The translations under genes and the position numbers were made by a program. Under the pieces are notes generated by a model, which saw nothing but the letters and a program-made list of their open reading frames with translations, did no database searches and had not been told where the DNA came from. A stretch of DNA of 64,000 nt. It comes from an uncultured Haloferula sp. (GTDB taxonomy: Bacteria; Verrucomicrobiota; Verrucomicrobiia; Verrucomicrobiales; Akkermansiaceae). The stretch lies in NCBI GenBank assembly GCA_965652295.1, contig CBFGTS010000007.1, positions 161,873-225,872 of the forward strand, in the 5' to 3' direction. Below are positions 8,854-17,415 of this stretch, one piece after another (position 1 is the stretch's first letter; each line of letters opens with the position of its first letter).

Positions 8854-11370
8854 TCAGCTTGTTTCAGCGGGCAGCACGAGGCTGACGCAGGGCGGAGCGG
8901 CAAGCAGGCGAGCGGCGGCTTCGCGGACCTCGGTCGCGGTCAGCGCTTGGTAGATGCCGGTCAGCTCGCGATGATGCGTGGCGGGCAGGCCGAAGAGCGT
9001 ATCGATGGCGGCGTGGCGGGCGATGGAGCCGGGCGATTGCTGATCGAGCGCGGTGGCGGAGAGCACGGTGGCGCGAACGCGCTCGAAAGCCTCGTCCGGG
9101 ATGCCGGCGGTGGCGAGCTTTTCGATTTCCGCGACCAACTCACGGCGGGCGAGCTCCACCTGCCCGGGATCAGTGGCCATGTAGAAGGCGAATAGACCGG
9201 TATCGAAGCCGTGGAACTGGGTGGCACCGACGCGGTAGGCGAGCCCGAGGTCCTCGCGGATGCGCATGAAAAGCGGTCCGGCCATGTCGCTGCACCATTC
9301 TTGCAGGAAGCGGAGCGCGTGGCGGTCGGCATCGAGCGCGGCGCAACCGCGGTAACCGAGGGCGAGCACGGCCTGCTTTTTGTCCAGCCGACTGATGCGT
9401 TCGGCGGGATCGGGGATCTGCGAGGAACCGGGCAGCCAGGGAGCGCCGCCGGGGAGGTTTTCAAATGCGGCGGTGAAAAGCGTGCGGGCCTCGGCGGGAT
9501 CGAAGTCACCCGCCAGGGCGAGCGCGACATTCGGGCCGCGGAAATGCAGCGAGTGGTGGGCGGCCAGCGCGAGGCGGTCGAGGGCGGCCAGCGATTCCTC
9601 GGTGCCGAGCGAGGAGAGCCCGTAGCCGGAATCACCGAAAACCAGCCGGCGCATTTCGCGGAAGCCGCATGACAACGGGTCGTCGAGACTTTCGCGCAGC
9701 GAGGCGAGCTGTGAGGCCCGCTCGCGATCGATCGCCTCGGAGGGCAACGCGGGCGAGCCGAGGATTTCCCCGAACAGCGGCACCAGCGTGGCGAGGTCGC
9801 CGGAAAGGCCGGACAGCTGGGCGATGATCGAATTGTTCCCGGCGGAGGCGTGGAACGAGGCACCGAGAGATTCCAGCAAGCGGGCGAGTTCGGCCGCGTC
9901 GAGGCGCAGGGTGCCGTGGGGCAGGGTGGCGGCGAGCAGGCGGTTGACGCCGGCGGTGGCGGGGGTTTCCGCGGGGGCGCCGGAGCGGATCGCCGCTTGC
10001 AGCGAAATCAGAGGAACCCGCGGATCGGGCAGCAGGGAAAGCGTGACGCCATTCGGCAGCGTGAAGGTCTCCGGTGCGGGTGGGACCGACGCGATCTTGA
10101 GCGTCGCGGCGGGCGCGGGTGCGTCCTCGGGATCGAGGAACGTGACCGTTGCTGGGGTGGAAAGCAGGCGGGCGATGGCGCGGCGGACGTCGGCCGGAGT
10201 GACCTGATCGAGCGCGTGCAGGTAGTGGCGGGTGAAGTCGAGGTCGCGGGCCTCGTGCCAGTTCGAGGCGAGGTCGGAGGCGCGGCCTGAAACGGTGGTC
10301 AGCGTTTTGAACTGGGCGCTGGCGATCTGGCGGCGGGCTTTGTCGAGATCCTCCTGAAGCTCGGTGGCGGGGAAGGCGGCAAGCAGCTCGCGGATGGCGG
10401 CGAGGAGTTCGTCGCGATGCTCCGGCAGGACCTCGGCGGAGACGGCGAAGAGCCCGGTGGCCGCGGCGGGCGACCACGACCAGGCGCTGATTTCCAAGGC
10501 CAGGGGGCGGTCTTCACGCAGCGCGCGGTAGAGTCGCGCGGAGCGGCCTTTTCCCAGGATGGCGGCGGCGAGATCCAGCGCGGGCTGGTCCTCGTGACCG
10601 GCGGGCGGGGTTTTCCAGGCGAGGGTCAGGCGTGTGGCCGGGACGGCGAAGGTGGCGCGGCCGAGCCGTGGCGAAAGCTGATCCGGCTCCGTCGGGGGTT
10701 CAGGCTCGGCGGCCATGCCGCGGGGCAGGGCACCGAAGAGGGCGTTGATCTTTTCCCGGACCAACGCGGGGTCGAAATCGCCGGCGAGGCACAGGCACGC
10801 GCGGTTCGCGGTGTAGCGCGCGGCGTGGTAGCTACGAAGGTCGTCGTAGGTGATGAGGTCGAAGAGCTCGCGGTGGCCGATGACCGGCTGGCGGCGGGCG
10901 TCGCGGGTGTAGACCGTCTCGAACAGCAGCCGGTGGTCGCGGTCGTCGGGATCGTCCAGCCCCATGTCGATCTCGCGGCGGATGACGTCCTTTTCCTTCT
11001 CGAACTCCGACTCGGGCAGGTGCGGGTGGAAGACCATGGCGGCGAGCACTTCCAGAAAGGCATCGAGTCCGCTCGCCGGGCCATCGATGTAGTAAACGGT
11101 GCGATCAAAGGTGGTGTAGGCATTCCAATGCCCGCCGGCGGCCTGCACCGACTCGGCCAGCTCGCTGGAGCTGAAGTCACCCCCGCCTTTGAAGACCATG
11201 TGCTCAAGGAAGTGCGAAACGCCGGAGCCGAGCAGGCGGTTCTCGTGGATGGAGCCTGTTTCCACCCAGACCTGGGCGGAGACGACCGGTGCGGCGGGCG
11301 ACGGATCGAGGATCAGGGTGAGGCCGTTGGAGAGCGTTTCGAGCGTGGCAGAGGTCGCGGGGAAATCCAT
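8854..11370 (-). CDS. M16 (pitrilysin) family zinc metallopeptidase, two-module
   Basis: GVSHFLEHMVFKG (HxxEH), NAYTTFDRTVYY, second TLPNG module; start placed at MDFPATS. Confidence 0.92.
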   Translation of the reverse strand: MDFPATSATLETLSNGLTLILDPSPAAPVVSAQVWVETGSIHENRLLGSGVSHFLEHMVFKGGGDFSSSELAESVQAAGGHWNAYTTFDRTVYYIDGPASGLDAFLEVLAAMVFHPHLPESEFEKEKDVIRREIDMGLDDPDDRDHRLLFETVYTRDARRQPVIGHRELFDLITYDDLRSYHAARYTANRACLCLAGDFDPALVREKINALFGALPRGMAAEPEPPTEPDQLSPRLGRATFAVPATRLTLAWKTPPAGHEDQPALDLAAAILGKGRSARLYRALREDRPLALEISAWSWSPAAATGLFAVSAEVLPEHRDELLAAIRELLAAFPATELQEDLDKARRQIASAQFKTLTTVSGRASDLASNWHEARDLDFTRHYLHALDQVTPADVRRAIARLLSTPATVTFLDPEDAPAPAATLKIASVPPAPETFTLPNGVTLSLLPDPRVPLISLQAAIRSGAPAETPATAGVNRLLAATLPHGTLRLDAAELARLLESLGASFHASAGNNSIIAQLSGLSGDLATLVPLFGEILGSPALPSEAIDRERASQLASLRESLDDPLSCGFREMRRLVFGDSGYGLSSLGTEESLAALDRLALAAHHSLHFRGPNVALALAGDFDPAEARTLFTAAFENLPGGAPWLPGSSQIPDPAERISRLDKKQAVLALGYRGCAALDADRHALRFLQEWCSDMAGPLFMRIREDLGLAYRVGATQFHGFDTGLFAFYMATDPGQVELARRELVAEIEKLATAGIPDEAFERVRATVLSATALDQQSPGSIARHAAIDTLFGLPATHHRELTGIYQALTATEVREAAARLLAAPPCVSLVLPAETS

Positions 11371-11482
11371 GTGCGGCCAACAGGCCATCGGGCGCGGGCG
11401 GGGGAAAGGGGAAATTTCGACGTCCGGCCGTGGACGGGTTTCGCTCTTGGATTCCCGCCGGGTCCCGGCTAGTTCAGGATGC

Positions 11483-11929
11483 ATGAATCGAAACGTGGCG
11501 ATGTGGTTGTGGTTGGGCGTGCTGGCGCTGATGCTGCTCGGGTCCGGTGCCATCGGTTACAAGCTGTATCGCCGCGCGCAGGCGAAGAAGCTGATGCAGT
11601 GGGAGGGGAAGATGGTGCTGGCCACGCCCGAGGGGATGCCGGTCGAGAAACTCGCCGAATGGGCCGGGGAAATGGACGCACGGATGGATCGCGACGAGGT
11701 CGTGCGGCCGGTGGTGGAGGAGCTCCAGCTCGTTTCGCGCTGGCAGCTGCCGGATGAGCCGGCGGCCATGGAGCGGTTGAAAACCTCGACCCGCATCATT
11801 GTGGAGAACAATCAAATCGTGTTTGCCGTGCGGGATAAGGACAAAGAACTGATCACCGGCCTTCAGAAATCGCTGGGCCAATCCTACGACCGGGTGGTGA
11901 AAGCGGAGCAGGGACTGGATTCCCCATGA
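11483..11929 (+). CDS. Hypothetical protein with N-terminal TM anchor
   Basis: Hydrophobic N-terminus, host-like codon pattern, stop overlaps next ATG. Confidence 0.65.
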   Translation: MNRNVAMWLWLGVLALMLLGSGAIGYKLYRRAQAKKLMQWEGKMVLATPEGMPVEKLAEWAGEMDARMDRDEVVRPVVEELQLVSRWQLPDEPAAMERLKTSTRIIVENNQIVFAVRDKDKELITGLQKSLGQSYDRVVKAEQGLDSP

Positions 11930-12312
11930 GCGACGAGCTGGATCCGTATGCGCCGCCGGCGGATCTGGGAAAGGACGCGCGGGCGGAGAAGGCGGCTTTC
12001 AAGGAGCTGGTGGTCGCTTGGGAGAAGCTGCGGCTCGTTTACAACGCGCTGCTGCTGGTTCCCGGCCTGGCCGTGCTCGGTGCCTATCTGGCGCAGGATC
12101 TGATGAGCCTGGGAGCTGCGATTTTCAGCGGCGTGGCGGTGGCTGTGGGAGCGAACGTGGCATTTCTGTTAGGCCCGCTGGCCGAGCTCTACCTGCGCGG
12201 CTTGTTTCGGAATGGCGAAGCGCTCGGCCGCGGCCGATGGCTGATTTTCGGCGCGGGCCTGGTCGTTTCCGCCGGGGTCTTCGGGATCTCGCTGCTGGTG
12301 GCGCTGGCTTGA
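11926..12312 (+). CDS. Hypothetical membrane protein (3 TM, N-terminal DPYAPP motif)
   Basis: 128 aa, WEKLRLVYN, three hydrophobic segments. Confidence 0.75.
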   Translation: MSDELDPYAPPADLGKDARAEKAAFKELVVAWEKLRLVYNALLLVPGLAVLGAYLAQDLMSLGAAIFSGVAVAVGANVAFLLGPLAELYLRGLFRNGEALGRGRWLIFGAGLVVSAGVFGISLLVALA

Positions 12313-12452
12313 AGAGAGCGGCGCCGATGGAGCGCCGATTATGAAATCGGCACGGATGGTCCTGTGAACCGATATTCTCAAACCATGGTGGGATCGATCT
12401 TCGCAGCAGTAGCATGGCCGAGGCCGGGATCGTTGTGGACTCCGGCGTTCGG
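12228..12452 (+). repeat. Degenerate ~225-bp direct repeat, copy A (3' end of the 11926-12312 gene plus REP-like element)
   Basis: Aligns by eye with 13518-13742; contains GGAGCGCCGATTATGAAATCGGCA at 12329-12352. Confidence 0.85.
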
Positions 12453-12681
12453 GAAGGTTTCGGACTGTGGAACGGTTTCGCTTCTCGGAAGGAGTAAGTC
12501 ATCTGCGCCAGGCCGATTTTTAACGATCCGCCCGTTCTCATCCAATTCATCCTGATTATCGGGTTCATCATGCTTTCGACGTCCTTTGATGCTGTCTGGT
12601 TTCTGATAGAGAAACTTTGATTCTTATGCTGAGTCTTTTCGGGTTTGACATGGAAGGATGATTGTTGGCGGTATCTCCGGC

Positions 12682-13476
12682 GTGAAAAAGATGATGATTC
12701 CCGTGGGTTTGACGGCGCTTCTGACAAATGCCGCCGTTGGGACGGTCCTCACTGATTTCAACAGCGGCTCAGTCGTTGCGGATTTCCTGTTCGATGACGT
12801 GAACGGGACGTCTATCGAAAGCACGGTGAACTCGGCGAATGGTTCGCTGACGTGGGACACCGATCTGGACATGGGGGGCGCGACTACGAACGGATCCGGG
12901 CAGTTCGACGGGTCGGGCAAGGCCAATACCGAGTTCGCTTCTGTCTACGTCGATGTCGCCACCATCACCACCGGAAGGGTGATCGCCCTATTCGAGGTGA
13001 GTTGGGACTTCAACCAAACGATTTATAACCCGGCGGAGGACGAGGAATTCCGGTTGTCACTGATCACCTTCGATCCTCGTTCCACCTTCGTGACCACGGA
13101 GATCTACTTCCAGCGGACATCTGCAGAGCAGGTGACGCTCTTTGGTAATGCCGTCGGCACGGGGGCCTCAGATACGCCGAACGTGGTCTTCGGGGCAAGT
13201 GGTTCGCTCCTAACCCTCTTCGACGTCGATCTCGATGCGGATACCGCCGAGCTTTTCTACTCCTCGGACAGCGGCGCCAGCTTCACCTCCGCCGGCTCGG
13301 CGGCACTCGATCCCGGCCGAGGTGTCGACTCGCTTCGTCTCGTACTGAACGAGGATTTCGGTGACGACACGCTGCTGATCGAGAGAGTCGCACTTTCCGT
13401 GGTTCCGGAGCCCTCGGCTCTCATGCTGGTTTTGACCGGCCTACTTCCGCTGCTGAATCGCCGCCGCTCGGCGTGA
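12682..13476 (+). CDS. PEP-CTERM sorting domain protein
   Basis: Signal peptide; C-terminal VVPEPSALMLVLTGLLPLLNRRRSA; start uncertain (12658/12682/12691). Confidence 0.9.
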   Translation: MKKMMIPVGLTALLTNAAVGTVLTDFNSGSVVADFLFDDVNGTSIESTVNSANGSLTWDTDLDMGGATTNGSGQFDGSGKANTEFASVYVDVATITTGRVIALFEVSWDFNQTIYNPAEDEEFRLSLITFDPRSTFVTTEIYFQRTSAEQVTLFGNAVGTGASDTPNVVFGASGSLLTLFDVDLDADTAELFYSSDSGASFTSAGSAALDPGRGVDSLRLVLNEDFGDDTLLIERVALSVVPEPSALMLVLTGLLPLLNRRRSA

Positions 13477-13517
13477 TCGGTCTTGCCGAAAGCGGCTTGC
13501 CCAGCGCCGGTTCGCAC

Positions 13518-13742
13518 CCGCGGGCGATGGCTGACTTTTTCGGCGCGGGTTTGGTCATTTCAACCGGCGTCTCTGGATCTCGCTGCTGCTGGCACTGGCT
13601 TGAGGGGAGCGTGATTGGTGGAGCGCCGATTATGAAATCGGCACGGATGGTCCCTGAACCGATTTTCTCCAACAAAGGTGGATTCGTCCTCGCAGCGGTA
13701 GCATGGGTGCGGTCGACATGGTTGCGAACTCCGGCGTTTCGG
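13518..13742 (+). repeat. Degenerate ~225-bp direct repeat, copy B
   Basis: Homologous to 12228-12452; identical 24-mer at 13620-13643. Confidence 0.85.
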
Positions 13743-13797
13743 ATGAAGCGGAGGGAAAAGCACTCGTCGTGCTTCTGGTTCGGAGCCTCTGCTGGAT

Positions 13798-14397
13798 TCA
13801 GTGCCTTCTGCGTCGCGCCACAACCATGAGCGCCGAAAGCCCGAGGAGACCAACAGACGCCGGTTCTGGAACCAAGACCTGATCGCTGATCTCAAGCGAA
13901 AAGCCACCAAGGTAGGTCGTGCCGCCGTCGGTATCGTCGGTGAAGGTTCCAACCGTCAGCCACTCATAGGGCAGGGTGGTGGTCAGAGTGGTCACGCCCG
14001 AGGCCGAATAGGGTTCATTGAGAGACATCACGCCATCGACATAGATTCGGAAGTCATCCTGATTGTCGCCGGTCGAGTCATTGTCCACTTGAATCCCGAT
14101 GATCGACACAGTGTTCGTGATCGGAATCGGCGTGGTGAACATGTGATCGCTGTCGCTCGGATCGAAGGTATCGCTGAACGGGTTTCCCGTGAGGCCAAGC
14201 CACTGCTCGCCGAACGTGATTCCGTTGGTCAGCTGCGACGTGTGAGAAGATCCGGTGACGCCGCTTCCTGCGACGGCAACCACGGTGCCGCCGCTTCCGT
14301 CCGGGTGGAGCGTGATCGAAAGCGCGGCGTTTGCTTGGCTGGCTGAGAAAAAAGCTGAAGCGAACGCAATGGTGGGAAGAAGTGAGGATCTGGACAT
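13798..14397 (-). CDS. PEP-CTERM sorting domain protein
   Basis: Signal peptide ending SQANA; C-terminal VPEPASVGLLGLSALMVVARRRRH. Confidence 0.92.
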   Translation of the reverse strand: MSRSSLLPTIAFASAFFSASQANAALSITLHPDGSGGTVVAVAGSGVTGSSHTSQLTNGITFGEQWLGLTGNPFSDTFDPSDSDHMFTTPIPITNTVSIIGIQVDNDSTGDNQDDFRIYVDGVMSLNEPYSASGVTTLTTTLPYEWLTVGTFTDDTDGGTTYLGGFSLEISDQVLVPEPASVGLLGLSALMVVARRRRH

Positions 14398-15026
14398 GGG
14401 TCGGGATTCTAGACTTGGGGTGGAGGGACGGTCAGGCCGTCTTCAAGTCCTATCGCGGACGTCGGGGTGGACATTTCACGTTTCTTAACAAAATTCGCTC
14501 TTCGATTGCGCGATTTTGCCGCTTCTCTACCGCTTCGATCGGCAATTGCGATGCTGAGTCTGCTCAGATCCTGTCGAATCGGAGGTCCGGAAACGGGCTC
14601 ACGATCCCATCCCGAAGCGCCGCCCCGTTCTGAGGTGGAAATGATTACCCATCAGCGCCCAGACATGCACCCGCCTCGTGATTTTCACAGGCATGCCCCA
14701 GTCGCTCCAACCGTGTCACGCGACCACAACCGCGTCTCAAGTCGCTCTCGGCGTGAATTCAGAATTCTCGGACCCTCTTTCGCGCGCTGGGATCGGTCGC
14801 GACGAGGCGAAGATGGTGAATCGCAGCAGGAAGGACAATGACGGAAGAGCCCGATTCCGCCTCCTCATTTTTTGGGAAGCAGCGGCCCCGGCCAGGCAAT
14901 TGGAGCTTCGATAACGTCGCGCATCTCGGCACACTTCTTCGGCATAGATACGCCCTGGTCGTCAAGAATCCAATCTTGCACGATCCACCCGCTCCATCCG
15001 TGTGGATAAAGTGCTTGCGGAAGACG

Positions 15027-15323
15027 CGGGCAATGGGGGCCCGGCGTCGCCTTGAAACGACGTGATCGGCGTTCGCCACCAGCAGCCGACTCACCGCCGA
15101 GGGCACCCGTCCCGGGCGCGGCCCGCGTGCCATTGATACCGCCAGTTCGAACCGGCCCGTCCGGCTCGATCCGCCCCCGAACGCCCTCGAAGTCAACTTC
15201 AAGAAATCCCTTGCGAAGCTCTGGTACTACTGACCCCGAACGATTGACGGCGGGGGAGTTGGCGGGGTGCGGAAAGTGGCTGGACGAAGTCACTGCTGGC
15301 ATCGTTGGTCCGGCGTCGCACCA
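15027..15323 (+). repeat. 297-bp direct repeat, copy 1 (possible degenerate transposase 3' remnant)
   Basis: Near-identical to 16819-17115; one frame reads AMGARRRLETT*S...EVNFKKSLAKLWYY*. Confidence 0.9.
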
Positions 15324-15472
15324 GGGGAGGGCAGTGCTTGGAGGGGCGGAACGGCTCGGGCTTCGAGCGGGGGGTGATATGACACGAGAGCTGCGGCGGG
15401 TGAGGCCGGAGAGGAGCTTGAAAAGAGAGTTGGAGAGGCTGGACGAAATGCTCAATATCTCGGACCGGCCCC
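15324..15472 (+). pseudogene. Possible C-terminal remnant of a REP-associated (RAYT-like) transposase ending in an AAATGCTCAA-ATCTCGGACCG-CCCC end motif
   Basis: Reads AERLGLRAGGDMTRELRR...RELERLDEMLNISD; the same end motif recurs at about 17132-17159. Confidence 0.35.
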
Positions 15473-15486
15473 GATCGGGGGTCGCC

Positions 15487-15957
15487 TCAATCGCCTTTGG
15501 GTTCTGCTTTCTTCGTTTCTAGGTTGGAATCCGCGACGTAGTGAACGCCCATCGAGTGTGCCCCAAGTATAACCACCCTCTTGTAGCCAACCTTCAGCAT
15601 CTGCTTGGTGACCTCGTCAGCTCGCTCACGGATGAACTCGTTATCGTCCCACATAACCGTCTTGTCGAAATAGACTACGATCAGAGACTTGTGCTTCTCG
15701 TCGGTCAGAAATTGCTCAATTTGATCAAATTTGAGCTCAATCGGTGACCGAGTTCCACCTGTGATCACGCCGAGGCCAAGATCGAAATCCCTCGCCTTGT
15801 CATATCCGACTACTCTGTCCGCACTCTTCTCTAGCGTCCACATCGCATCTGCGGTGGCAGCATCTCCGTCGGCGAGAATCGGGTAGAAACCAAGGTTGAG
15901 GTCGTCAGCGCAGGCCTGTGAAGCGACTAATAGCAGTGCCAGAATTGAGCATTTCAT
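15487..15957 (-). CDS. Integron-type gene cassette ORF, secreted hypothetical protein
   Basis: Signal peptide MKCSILALLLVASQACA; ATG 5 nt after the GTTGCAG core site; ends over a GCAGAAC R''-like site; lower GC. Confidence 0.75.
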   Translation of the reverse strand: MKCSILALLLVASQACADDLNLGFYPILADGDAATADAMWTLEKSADRVVGYDKARDFDLGLGVITGGTRSPIELKFDQIEQFLTDEKHKSLIVVYFDKTVMWDDNEFIRERADEVTKQMLKVGYKRVVILGAHSMGVHYVADSNLETKKAEPKGD

Positions 15958-15962
15958 TTTTT

Positions 15963-16072
15963 CTGCAACGTAGAAGTAGTGACGCGCTCCACAAGGCGGA
16001 AACCGGGCCCCGGACCGAGGATCGAATTCAACTCGGGCGCTGTAGGGCGTCGCCACCCATGGCTTGCTCTGC
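15963..16072 (-). mobile_element. attC-like recombination site
   Basis: Minus strand: GCAGAGC (R'') ... GTGGCGACGCCCTACA / TGTGGAGCGCGTCACTAC imperfect stem ... GTTGCAG (R'). Confidence 0.7.
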
Positions 16073-16510
16073 TCGTTTGGTTTTGGATGTGAGGTGCCGC
16101 TGAACGAGTGCGCTGAAGAAGCCTGTTGCGCCTCCACAGATAGCAGCTAGAAGCCAGAGAAGGCTGAATGGATAGGCGCTGTTGAATCCACTACGACCCG
16201 CCATGATGAGAAGCCCCGCCACTGCGAATAGCGGAATGCAAACCCACGGCCTCCAAAACACGCTGGCAGGGTGGACGAAGAGGAACAACGGAAGGACGAG
16301 AAGTAACCAGGTGAGGCCGACATACCAAACTGAATACTGGCCGACAGTGAGAGGCATGAAGAACCACTGCGGTGACACGTCCGAGTAGGAGTAGTAGCGC
16401 AAAAACAAATAGACGAGCATCACGACCCACCCTGCCAGAGCACATCCAAAGCTAAAGATCCCGCGATGAATTGCCCGAACGTCGGAGGGTCTGTTGTGGC
16501 GTGTCTTCAT
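16028..16510 (-). CDS. Integron-type gene cassette ORF, 4-TM membrane protein
   Basis: 160 aa; ATG 5 nt after GTTCTGC; C-terminus (KRAEQAMGGDALQRPS) runs into the attC. Confidence 0.75.
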   Translation of the reverse strand: MKTRHNRPSDVRAIHRGIFSFGCALAGWVVMLVYLFLRYYSYSDVSPQWFFMPLTVGQYSVWYVGLTWLLLVLPLFLFVHPASVFWRPWVCIPLFAVAGLLIMAGRSGFNSAYPFSLLWLLAAICGGATGFFSALVQRHLTSKTKRAEQAMGGDALQRPS

Positions 16511-16515
16511 TCCTA

Positions 16516-16635
16516 GCAGAACGTCGAGGCCTCCTACGCCTGACCGGGGGCGAGGATTCGACTGTGGATTGAAGTTGTAGTGGTCATGGCGGCTGGAGCT
16601 GGAGGCGGGTCAGGCGTTAGGAGTCATGGCTTCCA
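16516..16635 (-). mobile_element. attC-like site, R'' end lost
   Basis: Minus strand CTCCTAACGCCTGACC ... GGTCAGGCGTAGGAG (15-bp stem with one extrahelical base), then GTTCTGC core site complementary to the cassette's distal GCAGAGC. Confidence 0.75.
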
Positions 16636-16818
16636 TGGAAGGCAGTCAACAGGGAATTGAAGTTCACTTCAACATTTCTTCACGACAACTGGGACGGACG
16701 GATCGCCCCCGGTCCGACCCCGGCGGACGACGCCGGAGCACGGACCACGGCCGCAAGGTACTTCGCCACGAGCGCCTGCGCAGGCCGCCGGCCATGATGG
16801 CTCGTCTTACCAGTCCGC

Positions 16819-17115
16819 CGGGCAACGGGGGCACGGCGTCGGCTTGAAACGACGTGATCGGTGTTCGCCACCACCAGCCACCTCACCACCGAGGGCACCC
16901 GTCCCGGGCGCGGCCCGCGTGCCATTGAAACCGCCAGTTCGAACCGGCCCGTCCGGCTCGATCCGCCCCCGAACGCCCTCGAAGTCAACTTCAAGAAATC
17001 CCTTGCGAAGCTCTGGTACTACTGACCCCGAACGATTGACGGCGGGGGAGTTGGCGGGGCGCGGGAAGTGGCTGGATGAAGTCACTGCTGGCATCGTTGG
17101 TCCGGCGTCGCACCA
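16819..17115 (+). repeat. 297-bp direct repeat, copy 2
   Basis: Near-identical to 15027-15323. Confidence 0.9.
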
Positions 17116-17131
17116 ACCGATCCCGATCAGA

Positions 17132-17191
17132 AAATGCTCAAAATCTCGGACCGACCCCCAATCCGACCCCCAATCCGGACCGACCCCCAAT
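17132..17191 (+). repeat. REP/transposon-end-like motif with a triple CCGACCCCCAAT tandem
   Basis: AAATGCTCAAAATCTCGGA followed by CCGACCCCCAAT at 17151, 17163 and 17180. Confidence 0.7.
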
Positions 17192-17326
17192 CAGGAAAAC
17201 GGCAGGCGAGCCGAATGCTCATGAAAACGACCCCATTCAGAGGCAAATCCGCCCGGAAAGTTGAGCGGCAAGTCGCGCACAAGCCATTGATTGTCAGCAG
17301 GCCCCCGCGTCCAAAACTACAGAATG

Positions 17327-17368
17327 CCTGGCATCTTTTCCTGGCATCTTTTCAGGCATCTTTTCAGG
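17327..17368 (+). repeat. Tandem 12-13 bp repeat GGCATCTTTTC x3
   Basis: CCTGGCATCTTTT CCTGGCATCTTTT CAGGCATCTTTT CAGG, immediately downstream of pAgo. Confidence 0.8.
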
Positions 17369-17415
17369 ACAATCTGATGCAGGATTACGAGGCGTGTTGA
17401 ATCACCAAGGTTGAT

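Noticed and set aside
17132..17368. Short tandem repeats as a CRISPR array
   Set aside because: Units are 12-13 bp with no unique spacers, and there are no cas genes in the window
14400..17400. Intact integrase or transposase in the island
   Set aside because: No ORF with tyrosine-recombinase, DDE or HUH motifs; the ORFs across the 297-bp repeats are interrupted or low-complexity
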